NCBI GenBank assembly: GCA_022840695.1
Contig: JALHDC010000005.1
Location: 1 to 60,403 of the forward strand
DNA length: 60,403 nucleotides
DNA from: a bacterium
GTDB taxonomy: Bacteria; Patescibacteriota; Dojkabacteria; SC72
Direction: 5' to 3'
The position numbers and the translations under genes are program-made. Numbering within the stretch: the stretch's first letter is position 1; each line of letters opens with the position of its first letter. The notes beneath the pieces were generated by a model, which saw only the letters and a list, made by a program, of their open reading frames with translations, did not search any database and had not been told where the DNA came from. Positions 9,785-18,821 of this stretch are shown here, piece after piece.

Positions 9785-10534
9785 ATGTCTAAATCCAAAT
9801 TCATACAGATAGAGAGTAAGAATGCTCTTCTTGAACTTTTAAAAGAGGGAAGAGAGTTTGACAAGATTTTTGTTGCAAGTAATGCTTTCAAGGATGAAAA
9901 AAGTAAAGAGATATTGCAATTAGCAGGGAAAAATAAAATTCCTGTTATGAAGGTGTCTAGAAGAACATTGAATAGAAAATTAAGATCTTCCTCATCCGAA
10001 AGTATAGTTGCATATATGTATTCAGATAATGATTGGTCTTTGGATGATCTTTTAGAGAGTATATATAAAGATGGAAAACAACCTTTCTTTTTGATATTGG
10101 ATGATTTGAAATATTCACAAAATATCGCAGCCATAATGAGAACTGCATTTGGTGCCGGTGTTAATGGAGTTATTATTAATCCCCAGAAGAAAAGTATAAT
10201 TTCTGATGAGACAATTAGAATATCCATGGGAGCTGCTGAAAGAATTCCTTTGGTGGAAATGAATCTTTTTAATGCAGTAAAGACTCTTAAGGATAATGAT
10301 ATAAAAGTATACGGTGTTGATATGGAAGGTGAGTACTACTATGATACGAATCTTACAGGTCCTATTGCTTTTGTGTTGGGAGCTGAAGATGTTGGAATAT
10401 CCACTGGCATTATGGAAAGGGTAGATGCAAAAATAGCTATACCAATGAGAGAAGGTATTGGGTCTCTAAATGTAGGTGCTTCAGCAGCAGTTCTTGTTTA
10501 TGAAAAACTTAGACAAGAAGTAAAGGGTAAGTAA
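9785..10534 (+). CDS. rlmB: 23S rRNA 2'-O-ribose methyltransferase RlmB (SPOUT/TrmH family)
   Basis: QNIAAIMRTA, VLGAEDVGIS, IPMREGIGSLNVGASAAV. Confidence 0.9.
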   Translation: MSKSKFIQIESKNALLELLKEGREFDKIFVASNAFKDEKSKEILQLAGKNKIPVMKVSRRTLNRKLRSSSSESIVAYMYSDNDWSLDDLLESIYKDGKQPFFLILDDLKYSQNIAAIMRTAFGAGVNGVIINPQKKSIISDETIRISMGAAERIPLVEMNLFNAVKTLKDNDIKVYGVDMEGEYYYDTNLTGPIAFVLGAEDVGISTGIMERVDAKIAIPMREGIGSLNVGASAAVLVYEKLRQEVKGK

Positions 10535-11389
10535 TTATATTAATTTCCCCATCAAATCCTCTAATTCATCCCTTGTGTTGTATCTAATTACAACCTTTCC
10601 ACCTTTAGTCATTTTTATAATATTTGCTGTAAATCCAAGTTTCTTACTTAATATACTGGAATATTTCTCAGTCACTTTATCGCTTTTTTTCCAATTCTTC
10701 GTAGTTGAACCTTTACCATAATTGATTTTCCTTACTAATGCTTCAGTTTCTCTTACACTCATTCCTCTTTTAATAACTAAATCTGTAGCTGCTATCAATG
10801 ATGTCTCGTCCCTTATACCAAGTAAAGCTCTGGCATGCCCTTCACTTATATTTTCATTAAGAACATCCTCTTTTACTTCATCTGGTAAATTAAGTAGCCT
10901 TATCTTATTAGTAATTGTAACCCTGTTATATCCTACCTTGTCTGCTATATCATCCTGCGATACCCCAAATTCTTCAATCATTTGTAAAAATGCATTTGCC
11001 TCTTCCAACGGATTTAAATCTTTCCTTTGAATATTCTCTATCAAAGCTAACTCCAACATCTCTTGAGGAGAACTATCTTTGATTACAACTGGTACTGTTT
11101 TTAATCCAGCTAATTGTGCAGCTCTAAGCCTTCTTTCTCCTGCTATTAGGAAGTATTTGTTTGATTCCTTATCCTTAGTAATGATTAATGGCTGTATTAC
11201 ACCATTCTCTCTAATCGAATCAGCTATCCCTATTAATTCTTCTGGATCTATGTGCATCCTTGGTTGATATGGATTAGGTTCTATGCTGTTAATATCAAAA
11301 TTTGGATTATATGCACTACTAGAGTTATCAATCTCTTTGGAATCTATGAGTGCAGCTAATCCTTTTCCTAATCTATTTGTATTTTCCAT
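10535..11389 (-). CDS. parB: Chromosome partitioning protein ParB/Spo0J
   Basis: RLGKGLAALI, NPYQPR, LIAGERRLRAA, IENIQRKDLNPLEEA. Confidence 0.97.
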   Translation of the reverse strand: MENTNRLGKGLAALIDSKEIDNSSSAYNPNFDINSIEPNPYQPRMHIDPEELIGIADSIRENGVIQPLIITKDKESNKYFLIAGERRLRAAQLAGLKTVPVVIKDSSPQEMLELALIENIQRKDLNPLEEANAFLQMIEEFGVSQDDIADKVGYNRVTITNKIRLLNLPDEVKEDVLNENISEGHARALLGIRDETSLIAATDLVIKRGMSVRETEALVRKINYGKGSTTKNWKKSDKVTEKYSSILSKKLGFTANIIKMTKGGKVVIRYNTRDELEDLMGKLI

Positions 11390-11406
11390 ATTTAATATCT
11401 ATTAAT

Positions 11407-12201
11407 TTAATTATCAAACTTTTTAATAAATTCTTTCGCTAAGTTTTTGTATGCCATTGCTCCTGTTGATTTCTCGTCATATTCAAATATTGTCTTCCCA
11501 TATGATGGAGCTTCAGAAAGTCTTACATTTCTAGGTACAATGGTATTAAAAGCTGTATCTTTGAAGAAATCTTTTACATCTTTTACTACACTCTCTGAAA
11601 GTTTAGTCCTGCTATCATACATAGTTAAAATGACACCACCAATGGATAATTTAGGATTAATACCCTTGATTAATTTGGTTGTCTCTATTAATTGTCCCAA
11701 ACCTTCTAGTGCAAAATATTCACACTGTATAGGTATTAATATATAGTCTCCTGCACTTAGTGCATTGATTGTAAGGAGACCTAATGAAGGAGGACAATCT
11801 ATAATTACATAATCAAAATCTTCGTTGATTTGGGAAAGAGCCTTTTTTAGCAATGATTCTCTACTTATCATATTCACCATTTCTATTTCTGCACCTGCTA
11901 ATGAAAGATGAGATGGTACTAAGAATAGATTTGGAGTAGAGGTTGTAACAAAGACTGAAGAGATTGGTTCATTAGCTACTAATACATTGTATATACTTTT
12001 ATATGGTGCTTCATCGGAAGAATTCCAACTCTGTTTATCAAATTGCTGTGTGAATCCTAACCCTGAAGAAAGGTTAGACTGTGGATCCATATCAACTACT
12101 AAAACTTTTTTCTTGGCTCTAGCTAAACTAGCACTAAGATTCATTGCAGTAGTAGTTTTTCCTACTCCACCTTTTTGATTAGCAATTACGAATATTTTCA
12201 T
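11407..12201 (-). CDS. parA: Chromosome partitioning ATPase ParA/Soj
   Basis: NQKGGVGKTTT, DMDPQSN, IDCPPSLG, PRNVRLSEAPSYG. Confidence 0.97.
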   Translation of the reverse strand: MKIFVIANQKGGVGKTTTAMNLSASLARAKKKVLVVDMDPQSNLSSGLGFTQQFDKQSWNSSDEAPYKSIYNVLVANEPISSVFVTTSTPNLFLVPSHLSLAGAEIEMVNMISRESLLKKALSQINEDFDYVIIDCPPSLGLLTINALSAGDYILIPIQCEYFALEGLGQLIETTKLIKGINPKLSIGGVILTMYDSRTKLSESVVKDVKDFFKDTAFNTIVPRNVRLSEAPSYGKTIFEYDEKSTGAMAYKNLAKEFIKKFDN

Positions 12202-12233
12202 ATCTTTACTCTATCATGTTTCACAATTGATTT

Positions 12234-12845
12234 CTACATGTTTTTGTACACTTCGTGTTGTACAATTCTAAATTCAGGGAATGGGAAGTACACTATCCAA
12301 GCTTTTCCTTTAATATCTTCCTTAGAAATTGATCCAAATGTCCTGGAATCAGAACTATGTGGCCTGTTATCCCCACATACAAAATACTCTCCCTCTGGTA
12401 CTGTTTTAGATTCCCCCTCCTTTAGAAAATCTCCTCCATTTGTATATACGGAATCATTTAAATAGTTGGATTCATCAAGTAATTTGTTGTTAATATATAA
12501 CTGACCATCTTTTAACATTACAGTATCTCCAGGTAGTCCAATTACCCTCTTAATGAAGTCCTGTGTATCTGAATATTTAAATATAATCACATCCCCTCTT
12601 TGTGGATCTTTTAATCTGTATGTAATCTTGTTAGCCATTAAGTATTCACCATTTTTGTATGTAGGATGCATAGAGTTCCCTATGACCTCGTGTGGTGTCA
12701 TTATGAATATATAAAGCACTATTGAGATTACCAAAGCTACAACAACTGTTTCCAAAAAGGATAGTATGAACTGTCCAATCGATGCAAATGCTGAAGATAC
12801 TTTTTGTGTTGGTGTTGTTATTTGTTCAGAGCTGTTTTCATACAT
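12234..12845 (-). CDS. lepB: Signal peptidase I
   Basis: GNSMHPTY (catalytic Ser), FIKRVIGLPGD (Lys), GDNRPHSSDSR. Confidence 0.95.
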   Translation of the reverse strand: MYENSSEQITTPTQKVSSAFASIGQFILSFLETVVVALVISIVLYIFIMTPHEVIGNSMHPTYKNGEYLMANKITYRLKDPQRGDVIIFKYSDTQDFIKRVIGLPGDTVMLKDGQLYINNKLLDESNYLNDSVYTNGGDFLKEGESKTVPEGEYFVCGDNRPHSSDSRTFGSISKEDIKGKAWIVYFPFPEFRIVQHEVYKNM

Positions 12846-12958
12846 ATTAGGACAGATTTTTAAATTAATATCTATTAATACTAATAGATATGGTCTGATT
12901 ATGCAATGTTAATTGATTTTCTTTTACACAGTACAGTATGGTTTGATATAATACTGGA

Positions 12959-13236
12959 GTGATAGATGTAGAATTAAAAAAAGAAACAGTTAAAGCAGGA
13001 CCTACACAAGAACAAGAGAAAATACTCGTACAGATGTTTGGAATATTTCAACTATGTTGGTTGTTTCGTATATAGAAAAGACAGAAGGTGTAAATTTAGA
13101 TGGAGATGAGGAAGACATCTTGATGAGAGAGTGTCAGAGTATAGTGAATAATTATCCAAATAATTTTTGTGCTGAATTTCTTCAAGAAAGATTAAGTAGA
13201 TATAATCCACTTTTGATAGAAGAAGATTATGTCTAG
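12959..13236 (+). pseudogene. Small hypothetical gene split by a single-base frameshift (or sequencing indel)
   Basis: TGATATAAT promoter then GTG 12959 opens MIDVELKKETVKAGPTQEQEKILVQMFGIF..., stopping at 13075; the -1 frame is open from 12994 to 13236 (…STMLVVSYIEKTEG…). Confidence 0.5.
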
Positions 13237-13287
13237 TTATCAAAGGAGTATATAGATTTCCGTAATTCGGTTGAAAAAGTGTAGGAA

Positions 13288-13360
13288 TACCGCTACGGGG
13301 AATCGAACCCCGGTTTACAGGATGAAAACCTGTTGTCCTAGACCACTAGACGATAGCGGC
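13288..13360 (-). tRNA. tRNA-Glu(TTC)
   Basis: Reverse complement GCCGCTA...ACAGG TTTTCAT CCTGT...GTTCGATTC...TAGCGGTA. Confidence 0.95.
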
Positions 13361-13407
13361 ATAACTGAAAGATTCTACTATAATTAGAGTTTTTTGTGAA
13401 GTTATGA

Positions 13408-13638
13408 TTATCTTTTTTCTATATCTCTTAATACTTGTTGTTCTTCTGCAAATGTAGCTCTTTGGTAGCAATTCATCTCTTTATCAAATACATATCTTCT
13501 TTTACATTTACACTCTACCATTATTCTATTATCTGATAGATTACCAATTATTCTTGCTTTATCTAAAGGATATGTACATCCTACACATAGTCTTCTTTCT
13601 AGTAGAACTTCTTGAAATGGAGCAATTATTTTTTTCAT
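13408..13638 (-). CDS. Small hypothetical protein with CxxC...CxC (putative Zn ribbon)
   Basis: LCVGCTYPL ... ECKCKRRY. Confidence 0.7.
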   Translation of the reverse strand: MKKIIAPFQEVLLERRLCVGCTYPLDKARIIGNLSDNRIMVECKCKRRYVFDKEMNCYQRATFAEEQQVLRDIEKR

Positions 13639-13660
13639 GTCATTTGTGTTAAATAATATA

Positions 13661-13745
13661 TGCCGAAGAGAGGACTCGAACCTCCACGGAGTATTCCTCC
13701 ATATGCTCCTAAGGCATACGTGTCTGCCAATTCCACCACTTCGGC
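13661..13745 (-). tRNA. tRNA-Leu(TAG)
   Basis: GCCGAAG acceptor, loop CTTAGGA, long variable arm GGAGGAATACTCC. Confidence 0.95.
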
Positions 13746-13791
13746 ACTACAGACACTATTTTACTAAATAATGGGAATTTTTAATAGGGAA

Positions 13792-14241
13792 TTAGATTTT
13801 CTTCTCTAATATTATTTGATCATCCCAACCCTCTATGCCTGCTTTCTTATAGTGTACTCTTTCAAATCCATTTTTATAGTAAAAGGATCTTGTGATTTTG
13901 TACGGCTCATATTCTACTTCTTCAGGGAGTGTTTCGGTCTCAATGTAATAAAGACCTAGGGATTTAGCTTCTGAAATGAGATGTTCTAATAGCTTTGTAC
14001 CAATTCCATTTCTCCACTGATCTTTCTTTACTCCCATCCATATTAACAATAATTTACCACAGTATGTTGTATAGCATGTAAAGCCAATTACTTGATTATT
14101 ATCTTTGGCTACAATAACAGTATTATTATCAAAATCTATTTCTAGATTTTTAATACCTTCATCTGTGAACCATTCTTTGAGACTTTTAGCTATTTCAAGA
14201 GCTTCTTCCTTTTCCTGTTCGTTTGCTTTTACTATATCCAT
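13792..14241 (-). CDS. GNAT family acetyltransferase
   Basis: WMGVKKDQWRNGIGTKLL acetyl-CoA motif, FYYKNGF; start reassigned to ATG 14241 (GAGGAG SD upstream, 1 nt after gatC stop). Confidence 0.85.
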   Translation of the reverse strand: MDIVKANEQEKEEALEIAKSLKEWFTDEGIKNLEIDFDNNTVIVAKDNNQVIGFTCYTTYCGKLLLIWMGVKKDQWRNGIGTKLLEHLISEAKSLGLYYIETETLPEEVEYEPYKITRSFYYKNGFERVHYKKAGIEGWDDQIILEKKI

Positions 14242-14242
14242 A

Positions 14243-14536
14243 TTAACTCTCCTCAATACCTCCAAATATCTTTCCATATACCTTTACAAAGCCATTCTCT
14301 TTGTGTGGTGCATTCTTAAGTACATCTTCCTGTGTTAATCCATTTTTAGGTTCATCTACTCTAAGATCAGAAAATACAACTCTATCTTTCATAGGTTGTA
14401 CATTTTCAGTATCTACCTCCTTTAATACAGTAACTGATTCTAATATTGTTTCCATTTGTGGTGTAAATTTCTCAAGCTCTTTCTCTGTTAGAGTTATTCT
14501 AGATAACTCTGCTACATGTTTAACATCTATCTTCAT
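14243..14536 (-). CDS. gatC: Asp/Glu-tRNA amidotransferase subunit C
   Basis: VKHVAELSRI, LRVDEP, LKNAPHKENGFVKV; ATGA overlap with gatB stop. Confidence 0.9.
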   Translation of the reverse strand: MKIDVKHVAELSRITLTEKELEKFTPQMETILESVTVLKEVDTENVQPMKDRVVFSDLRVDEPKNGLTQEDVLKNAPHKENGFVKVYGKIFGGIEES

Positions 14537-16014
14537 TTCTTTAATTCCTTAATTAATATATCTCTAACATCATTTGGGTTTGCAGTACCCTTAGTAAATT
14601 GCATAACCTGACCTACTAGGAAGCCAAGAGAAGCTTCCTTGCCATTTAGATAATCGTTAACAGCTTTTTCGTTTTTTCCTAGAACCTCTTTTATTATTGT
14701 ATCTATATTACCAGATGTATTTTCTTTCTCTTTTTTAATATTTTCTACTTCATCAGATATATCCTTACTATTCTCTATGCAATCCTTTAATACCTCTTCA
14801 GCTTTGTTTTTTGTTAAGATGCCATCCTTAAATGCAAGTATTAATACTGCTAGATCATTAATATCTATATCTAAATTACCAATAGCATATACAGTACCCA
14901 TTAACCAATTAGATGCCTCTATTGCTGCATCTTTCTCATTCAATGATCTTGCTAATACCTCTTGTAACTTTTCAAAATATCTAGCATTCTCTATGGTTGA
15001 AGATATAACTTCTGCACTATATTTTGATATACCCCAATTATCCATATACCTTTTTACTTTCTCATGAGGTAGTTCAATCATTTCTTTTGAAATTCTATCT
15101 ATATCATCCTTTGAAACCTGTATAACTGGAATGTCAGGTTCGGGCATATATCTATAGTCATCAGCTGTCTCCTTACTTCTTTGAAATTCTGTTACTCCCT
15201 TATCTGCATTCCAACCTCTTGTCTGCTGTACTATCTCTTTTCCATTCTCTATTTCCTCAATTAACCTCTCGACCTCATACTCTATGGATTTTTCTACTGC
15301 TGTTATGGATCCAATATTCTTCACCTCTACCTTTGCATTTAGTCTATACTCTCCAATTGGAAGTATCTTTCCATCTTTGTACTCCCACTTTCCTTTCTCC
15401 TGTACAGATATATTAGGTTCACACCTCATCTGACCTTTCTCCATATCAGCATCCGATATACCTAAGTATCTAGCAATCTGTCTAATCTTTGTTGCAAAAT
15501 CCTTTGCATCTTTGGCAGATCTAATACAAGGTTTTGTAACGATCTCAATCAATGGGACTCCTGATTTGTTGTAGTCTATTAGGGAATACTCTTTGTTTGT
15601 ATTTTTTTCAATATGATGCGTAGATTTAGCTACATCCTCTTCCTGATGTATTCTCTCAATTTCTATCCTAACTTCGTTATCCAAATCAACATATCCATCT
15701 GAGCAAATTGGTCTTTTGTACTGACTAATCTGATATCCTTTTGGAAGATCTGGGTAGAAGTAGTGTTTTCTATCAAAATATATTTCATCAGCAATATTAC
15801 AATTAGTCGCAAGACCCATTAATATACACAACTCTATAGCTCTTTTATTTGGTAAGGGTAGGGCACCTGGTAGTCCTAAACATACAGGGCATACCTGAGT
15901 ATTAGGTTCTTTTTGAAAATATCCTGTTGGACAATTACAAAACATCTTAGACTTTGTATTAGTCTGTACATGTATCTCTAATCCAATTATCACATCATAT
16001 TTATCATTTGACAT
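14533..16014 (-). CDS. gatB: Asp/Glu-tRNA amidotransferase subunit B
   Basis: IGLEIHVQ, FDRKHYFYPDLPKGYQISQ, DYNKSGVPLIEIVT, YRYMPEPD; second of two tandem ATGs (16014) lies 6 nt after TAAGAT. Confidence 0.97.
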   Translation of the reverse strand: MSNDKYDVIIGLEIHVQTNTKSKMFCNCPTGYFQKEPNTQVCPVCLGLPGALPLPNKRAIELCILMGLATNCNIADEIYFDRKHYFYPDLPKGYQISQYKRPICSDGYVDLDNEVRIEIERIHQEEDVAKSTHHIEKNTNKEYSLIDYNKSGVPLIEIVTKPCIRSAKDAKDFATKIRQIARYLGISDADMEKGQMRCEPNISVQEKGKWEYKDGKILPIGEYRLNAKVEVKNIGSITAVEKSIEYEVERLIEEIENGKEIVQQTRGWNADKGVTEFQRSKETADDYRYMPEPDIPVIQVSKDDIDRISKEMIELPHEKVKRYMDNWGISKYSAEVISSTIENARYFEKLQEVLARSLNEKDAAIEASNWLMGTVYAIGNLDIDINDLAVLILAFKDGILTKNKAEEVLKDCIENSKDISDEVENIKKEKENTSGNIDTIIKEVLGKNEKAVNDYLNGKEASLGFLVGQVMQFTKGTANPNDVRDILIKELKK

Positions 16015-16040
16015 CATGTAATCTTAACAATTTTAATTGG

Positions 16041-17111
16041 CTATATCAATTCATCATCCTTAGGGGTCATCTCTTTGGTGAGTACATACACAGTTCCTCT
16101 TCCCTTTCCTTTTGTTTTAATATATTTCTTATCCACCATATCCTGAAGATCTCTGTATGAAGTCATGAATGATATCCCCATCATCTTAGTATATTTACCT
16201 CTAGATATTTTTTGATTAAGGGTGAGGTAGTCCAGTAGCTGTATCTGTCTTGAATTTAGGTGCAATTCTAAAGAACCTCTTTTCTTAACTTTTACGGTAT
16301 GTGTTTCTTTAAATTCGTTGGTAATATCCAATACTGTTAAGGATATGGAGTATAGATATGCTTCTAAGAATGTAGTTAAATCAAGCTTACTCTTGGAAAG
16401 TTTAAAAGCTGAGAGTAGGTCGGGACCAATATATTCAATACTTTTAAAAAATGGAATTACATTTTCTGGGTTATATCCATATTTCTTTGTTAACATCTCT
16501 AACATCAATATTGCAGTTATTTGGTTCCCTGAAAGAAATGGTGCTTTATCTATGAACTCAAATAGCAATACACCTAATTTAATCAATTTATGGTTGCTAT
16601 CCTTCCCATTCTGTATCCATTCAAAAATATCATTAAAATGACTTCTTACATCTAAATTAGGATAGAAGTCTCTGGCTTTGTACCATGTGTCATATATTTC
16701 ATTTGGTTTTTCAGAAAAACTCCTGATTTTAGAAAGATCCCATTCATCTACAATTCCTTTCATAGCTAGTTTGTTAATGTGGGATGCCAAATCTATAGAG
16801 GGTTTAAGGAAGTTACTATTGTTATATGATTTAACAAAATCTTTGGAGTTTCTAAAGTTAGTAAATAGCTTAAATGTTTTTTTCTGTGAGGGCATTTCTT
16901 GTCCTCTTTGTATTTGTAATGCTTGGTTATATCCAATTGGATTTCCTACAAGTTCTCCAAGTTTTTGAGTATCTTGAGCACCATATTTTTCTTCTAAAGG
17001 GAGTCTATATTTTTCTGGAAGAGGATTGTAGAGGAGTTCTTTGATGGATGTCTCATATTTGACTATGTAGTTAAGTATGAGGTTTGTAATTGTATATTTA
17101 GGTGTTCTCAT
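16041..17111 (-). CDS. Fic-fold protein with degenerate active site and C-terminal winged HTH
   Basis: APFLSGNQITA at the HPFxDGNGRxxR position; C-terminal LNSRQIQLL...TSYRDLQDMV...GKGRGTVY; track start (17150) lies inside tRNA-Thr, so ATG 17111 is used. Confidence 0.75.
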   Translation of the reverse strand: MRTPKYTITNLILNYIVKYETSIKELLYNPLPEKYRLPLEEKYGAQDTQKLGELVGNPIGYNQALQIQRGQEMPSQKKTFKLFTNFRNSKDFVKSYNNSNFLKPSIDLASHINKLAMKGIVDEWDLSKIRSFSEKPNEIYDTWYKARDFYPNLDVRSHFNDIFEWIQNGKDSNHKLIKLGVLLFEFIDKAPFLSGNQITAILMLEMLTKKYGYNPENVIPFFKSIEYIGPDLLSAFKLSKSKLDLTTFLEAYLYSISLTVLDITNEFKETHTVKVKKRGSLELHLNSRQIQLLDYLTLNQKISRGKYTKMMGISFMTSYRDLQDMVDKKYIKTKGKGRGTVYVLTKEMTPKDDELI

Positions 17112-17126
17112 ATTTATATATTTAAA

Positions 17127-17199
17127 AGCTGATGAATGGTTTCGAACCATTGACCTCTCCCTTACGAAGGGAATGCTCTACCAACTGAGCTACATCAGC
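17127..17199 (-). tRNA. tRNA-Thr(CGT)
   Basis: GCTGATG/CATCAGC acceptor, loop TTCGTAA. Confidence 0.93.
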
Positions 17200-17305
17200 T
17201 AATGTAACAGTATTGTAACAAAGAATGGTTGGATCAACAAGAGTATGCTATTAGAATATGCCTAGTATGTCAATATATTTTGTGTATGGTGTATAATAAT
17301 GGGCT

Positions 17306-17932
17306 GTGGAAAAGGATTTTAGTGAAATTTGTTTAGAAAAAGAGAATAGATACAAGAATAGGGATCCGAGAAACTATATATTAGAAGGGGAACCTAGATC
17401 TTTGTATTGGCATAGGTATAGGGTTACATATGACCTATTAAAGGATCAATTAGTTTCTGGAAGAAAAATATATTCTCCTCTTAAACTTAGAGAAGAAGTT
17501 CCACAAGACATTTTATTATCTAAATTCTGTGTAGATGAGGAGTATAATTTGTTTAATTTGCCAATTGTCATGGTTGGGAATAATAATTTAACTCCATTTA
17601 GTTTTGATATTAGAAAGAAGGATAGGGTAGAGATAGATGGGCTTGAGTATCCAGGTATATCTGCTACGATTGGTTTTTCGGATAATCTTGCAGAAACATG
17701 TGGAGGTATATTTGATAGGGATTGTAAAAGACAGGACAGGATGTATTGTACAACGGTAGGTCAAATAGAGGAATGTAATTACTCTGCCTACTATCTTCCA
17801 ACAGAAAATCAACCATTACATGTCAGATTGGTACATGATATACACGAGGTGTCTCCATTTGAGCATCTTCCACCATTTAGGGATAGGGAGTTATTAGCAG
17901 AGACTTTTAGTAATGGGAAATGTATGAAGTAA
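17306..17932 (+). CDS. Hypothetical protein, possible ADP-ribosyltransferase-like fold
   Basis: 208-aa ORF between two tRNAs; spaced HRYR / PGISAT / TTVGQI...PTENQPLHVRL pattern. ORF is solid, fold call is tentative. Confidence 0.55.
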   Translation: MEKDFSEICLEKENRYKNRDPRNYILEGEPRSLYWHRYRVTYDLLKDQLVSGRKIYSPLKLREEVPQDILLSKFCVDEEYNLFNLPIVMVGNNNLTPFSFDIRKKDRVEIDGLEYPGISATIGFSDNLAETCGGIFDRDCKRQDRMYCTTVGQIEECNYSAYYLPTENQPLHVRLVHDIHEVSPFEHLPPFRDRELLAETFSNGKCMK

Positions 17933-17934
17933 GA

Positions 17935-18007
17935 AGCGAGAGACGGGATTCGAACCCGCGACCTTCTACTTGGGAAGCAGACATTCTACCAACTGAACTA
18001 CTCTCGC
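17935..18007 (-). tRNA. tRNA-Gly(CCC)
   Basis: GCGAGAG/CTCTCGC acceptor, loop TTCCCAA, U73. Confidence 0.95.
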
Positions 18008-18027
18008 ATATATGTTATTTTACTAAT

Positions 18028-18053
18028 AAAAAGGGACTATATCCAGTCCCTTT
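18028..18053 (-). terminator. Intrinsic terminator after YtxH gene
   Basis: AAAGGGACT-GGATAT-AGTCCCTTT 9-bp stem running into a T5 tract on the minus strand. Confidence 0.7.
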
Positions 18054-18077
18054 CTAATTCACATATGAAAGAGTATA

Positions 18078-18458
18078 TTACTTAGCTAATTCCTTCTTAA
18101 CCATACCCCAATCAGCTCTTAATTGCTCAGCTAATCTCTGTGAAGCAGAAGCAGTTACTGTAGCATCTTTTTTAAATTCATCTACTACTTCTGATACTAA
18201 TGCCTTATACTTTGTTTCATCTATCTTCCCACCTGCCTTCTTAACCTGCTCAATCTTTCTCTCTACCTCTCTTCTAGCATCTTTGTATAGATCTTGTGCT
18301 TTCTCCTTAAATTCTTCAGCCAATTTCTTAATGTCTTCTCTTGTCTCTGCACCAGATTTAGGAGCTAAAAGAACACCTGCAACTACTCCAGCCACTGTCC
18401 CAAAGAGTAGGCCTTTCATAAATGATTCTGCACTATTATTACTCATATGATTATTCAA
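18078..18458 (-). CDS. YtxH domain protein
   Basis: FMKGLLFGTVAGVVAGVLLAPKSGAETREDIKK. Confidence 0.92.
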   Translation of the reverse strand: MNNHMSNNSAESFMKGLLFGTVAGVVAGVLLAPKSGAETREDIKKLAEEFKEKAQDLYKDARREVERKIEQVKKAGGKIDETKYKALVSEVVDEFKKDATVTASASQRLAEQLRADWGMVKKELAK

Positions 18459-18506
18459 TTAAAATTATATATATACATAGTAGTATATATTTTTTAATAT
18501 GTCTAA

Positions 18507-18797
18507 TTAAAATTTGAAAAATTTTAGTATCAAATATGCAATTATGATGAATATACTAGGTATTAATATAGCACCTAATATTGTTAGAAATGATACTGGT
18601 TCGGGTTGTATATCTTCTACTGTTTTTTCCTCTAATTGATCAGCAAGAGTATCGGTTTTTTCTTCATCCTTAGTATTCTCTGAATCATTGGTTTGTTGTA
18701 TAACCTCTTCATTTACATTTTCTTCTTGTGCAGATGTATGGGATATTGGAAGAAGAATAAATGATGTTATAAGAAGGATTGTTAGTAGTTTTTTCAT
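18507..18797 (-). CDS. Small secreted protein with C-terminal TM anchor
   Basis: Signal peptide MKKLLTILLITSFILLPISHTSA, acidic linker, C-terminal TM. Confidence 0.8.
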   Translation of the reverse strand: MKKLLTILLITSFILLPISHTSAQEENVNEEVIQQTNDSENTKDEEKTDTLADQLEEKTVEDIQPEPVSFLTILGAILIPSIFIIIAYLILKFFKF

Positions 18798-18800
18798 AGG

Positions 18801-18816
18801 TATATGTTAACATATA
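18801..18816. promoter_or_regulatory. 16-bp perfect palindrome, candidate bidirectional extended -10
   Basis: TATATGTTAACATATA gives TG-T-TAACAT on both strands, 6 nt from ATG 18797 (-) and 8 nt from ATG 18822 (+). Confidence 0.5.
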
Positions 18817-18821
18817 TCAAT

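Noticed and set aside
12217-12232. TGTTTCAC upstream of parA as a parS site
   Set aside because: Only one half of TGTTTCACGTGAAACA; the other half (AATTGATT) does not match.
12846-12946. AT-rich gap near parAB as oriC
   Set aside because: No DnaA boxes or dnaA/dnaN nearby, and I could not establish a skew switch by eye.
12959-13075. GPTQEQEKILVQMFG resembles the N-terminal HTH of IS605 TnpB (YPTxEQxxxLxxxFG)
   Set aside because: Only a short match; the continuing frame is not TnpB-like and there are no RuvC remnants or end hairpins.
17112-17150. N-terminal extension of the Fic ORF (MVRNHSSAFKYIN)
   Set aside because: Lies within or next to tRNA-Thr; ATG 17111 is the plausible start.
1885-17947. 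Repeated CCCGTCTCTCGCT as an attL/attR pair
   Set aside because: These are the 3' ends of two complete tRNA-Gly isoacceptors, in inverted orientation, with core genes between them.
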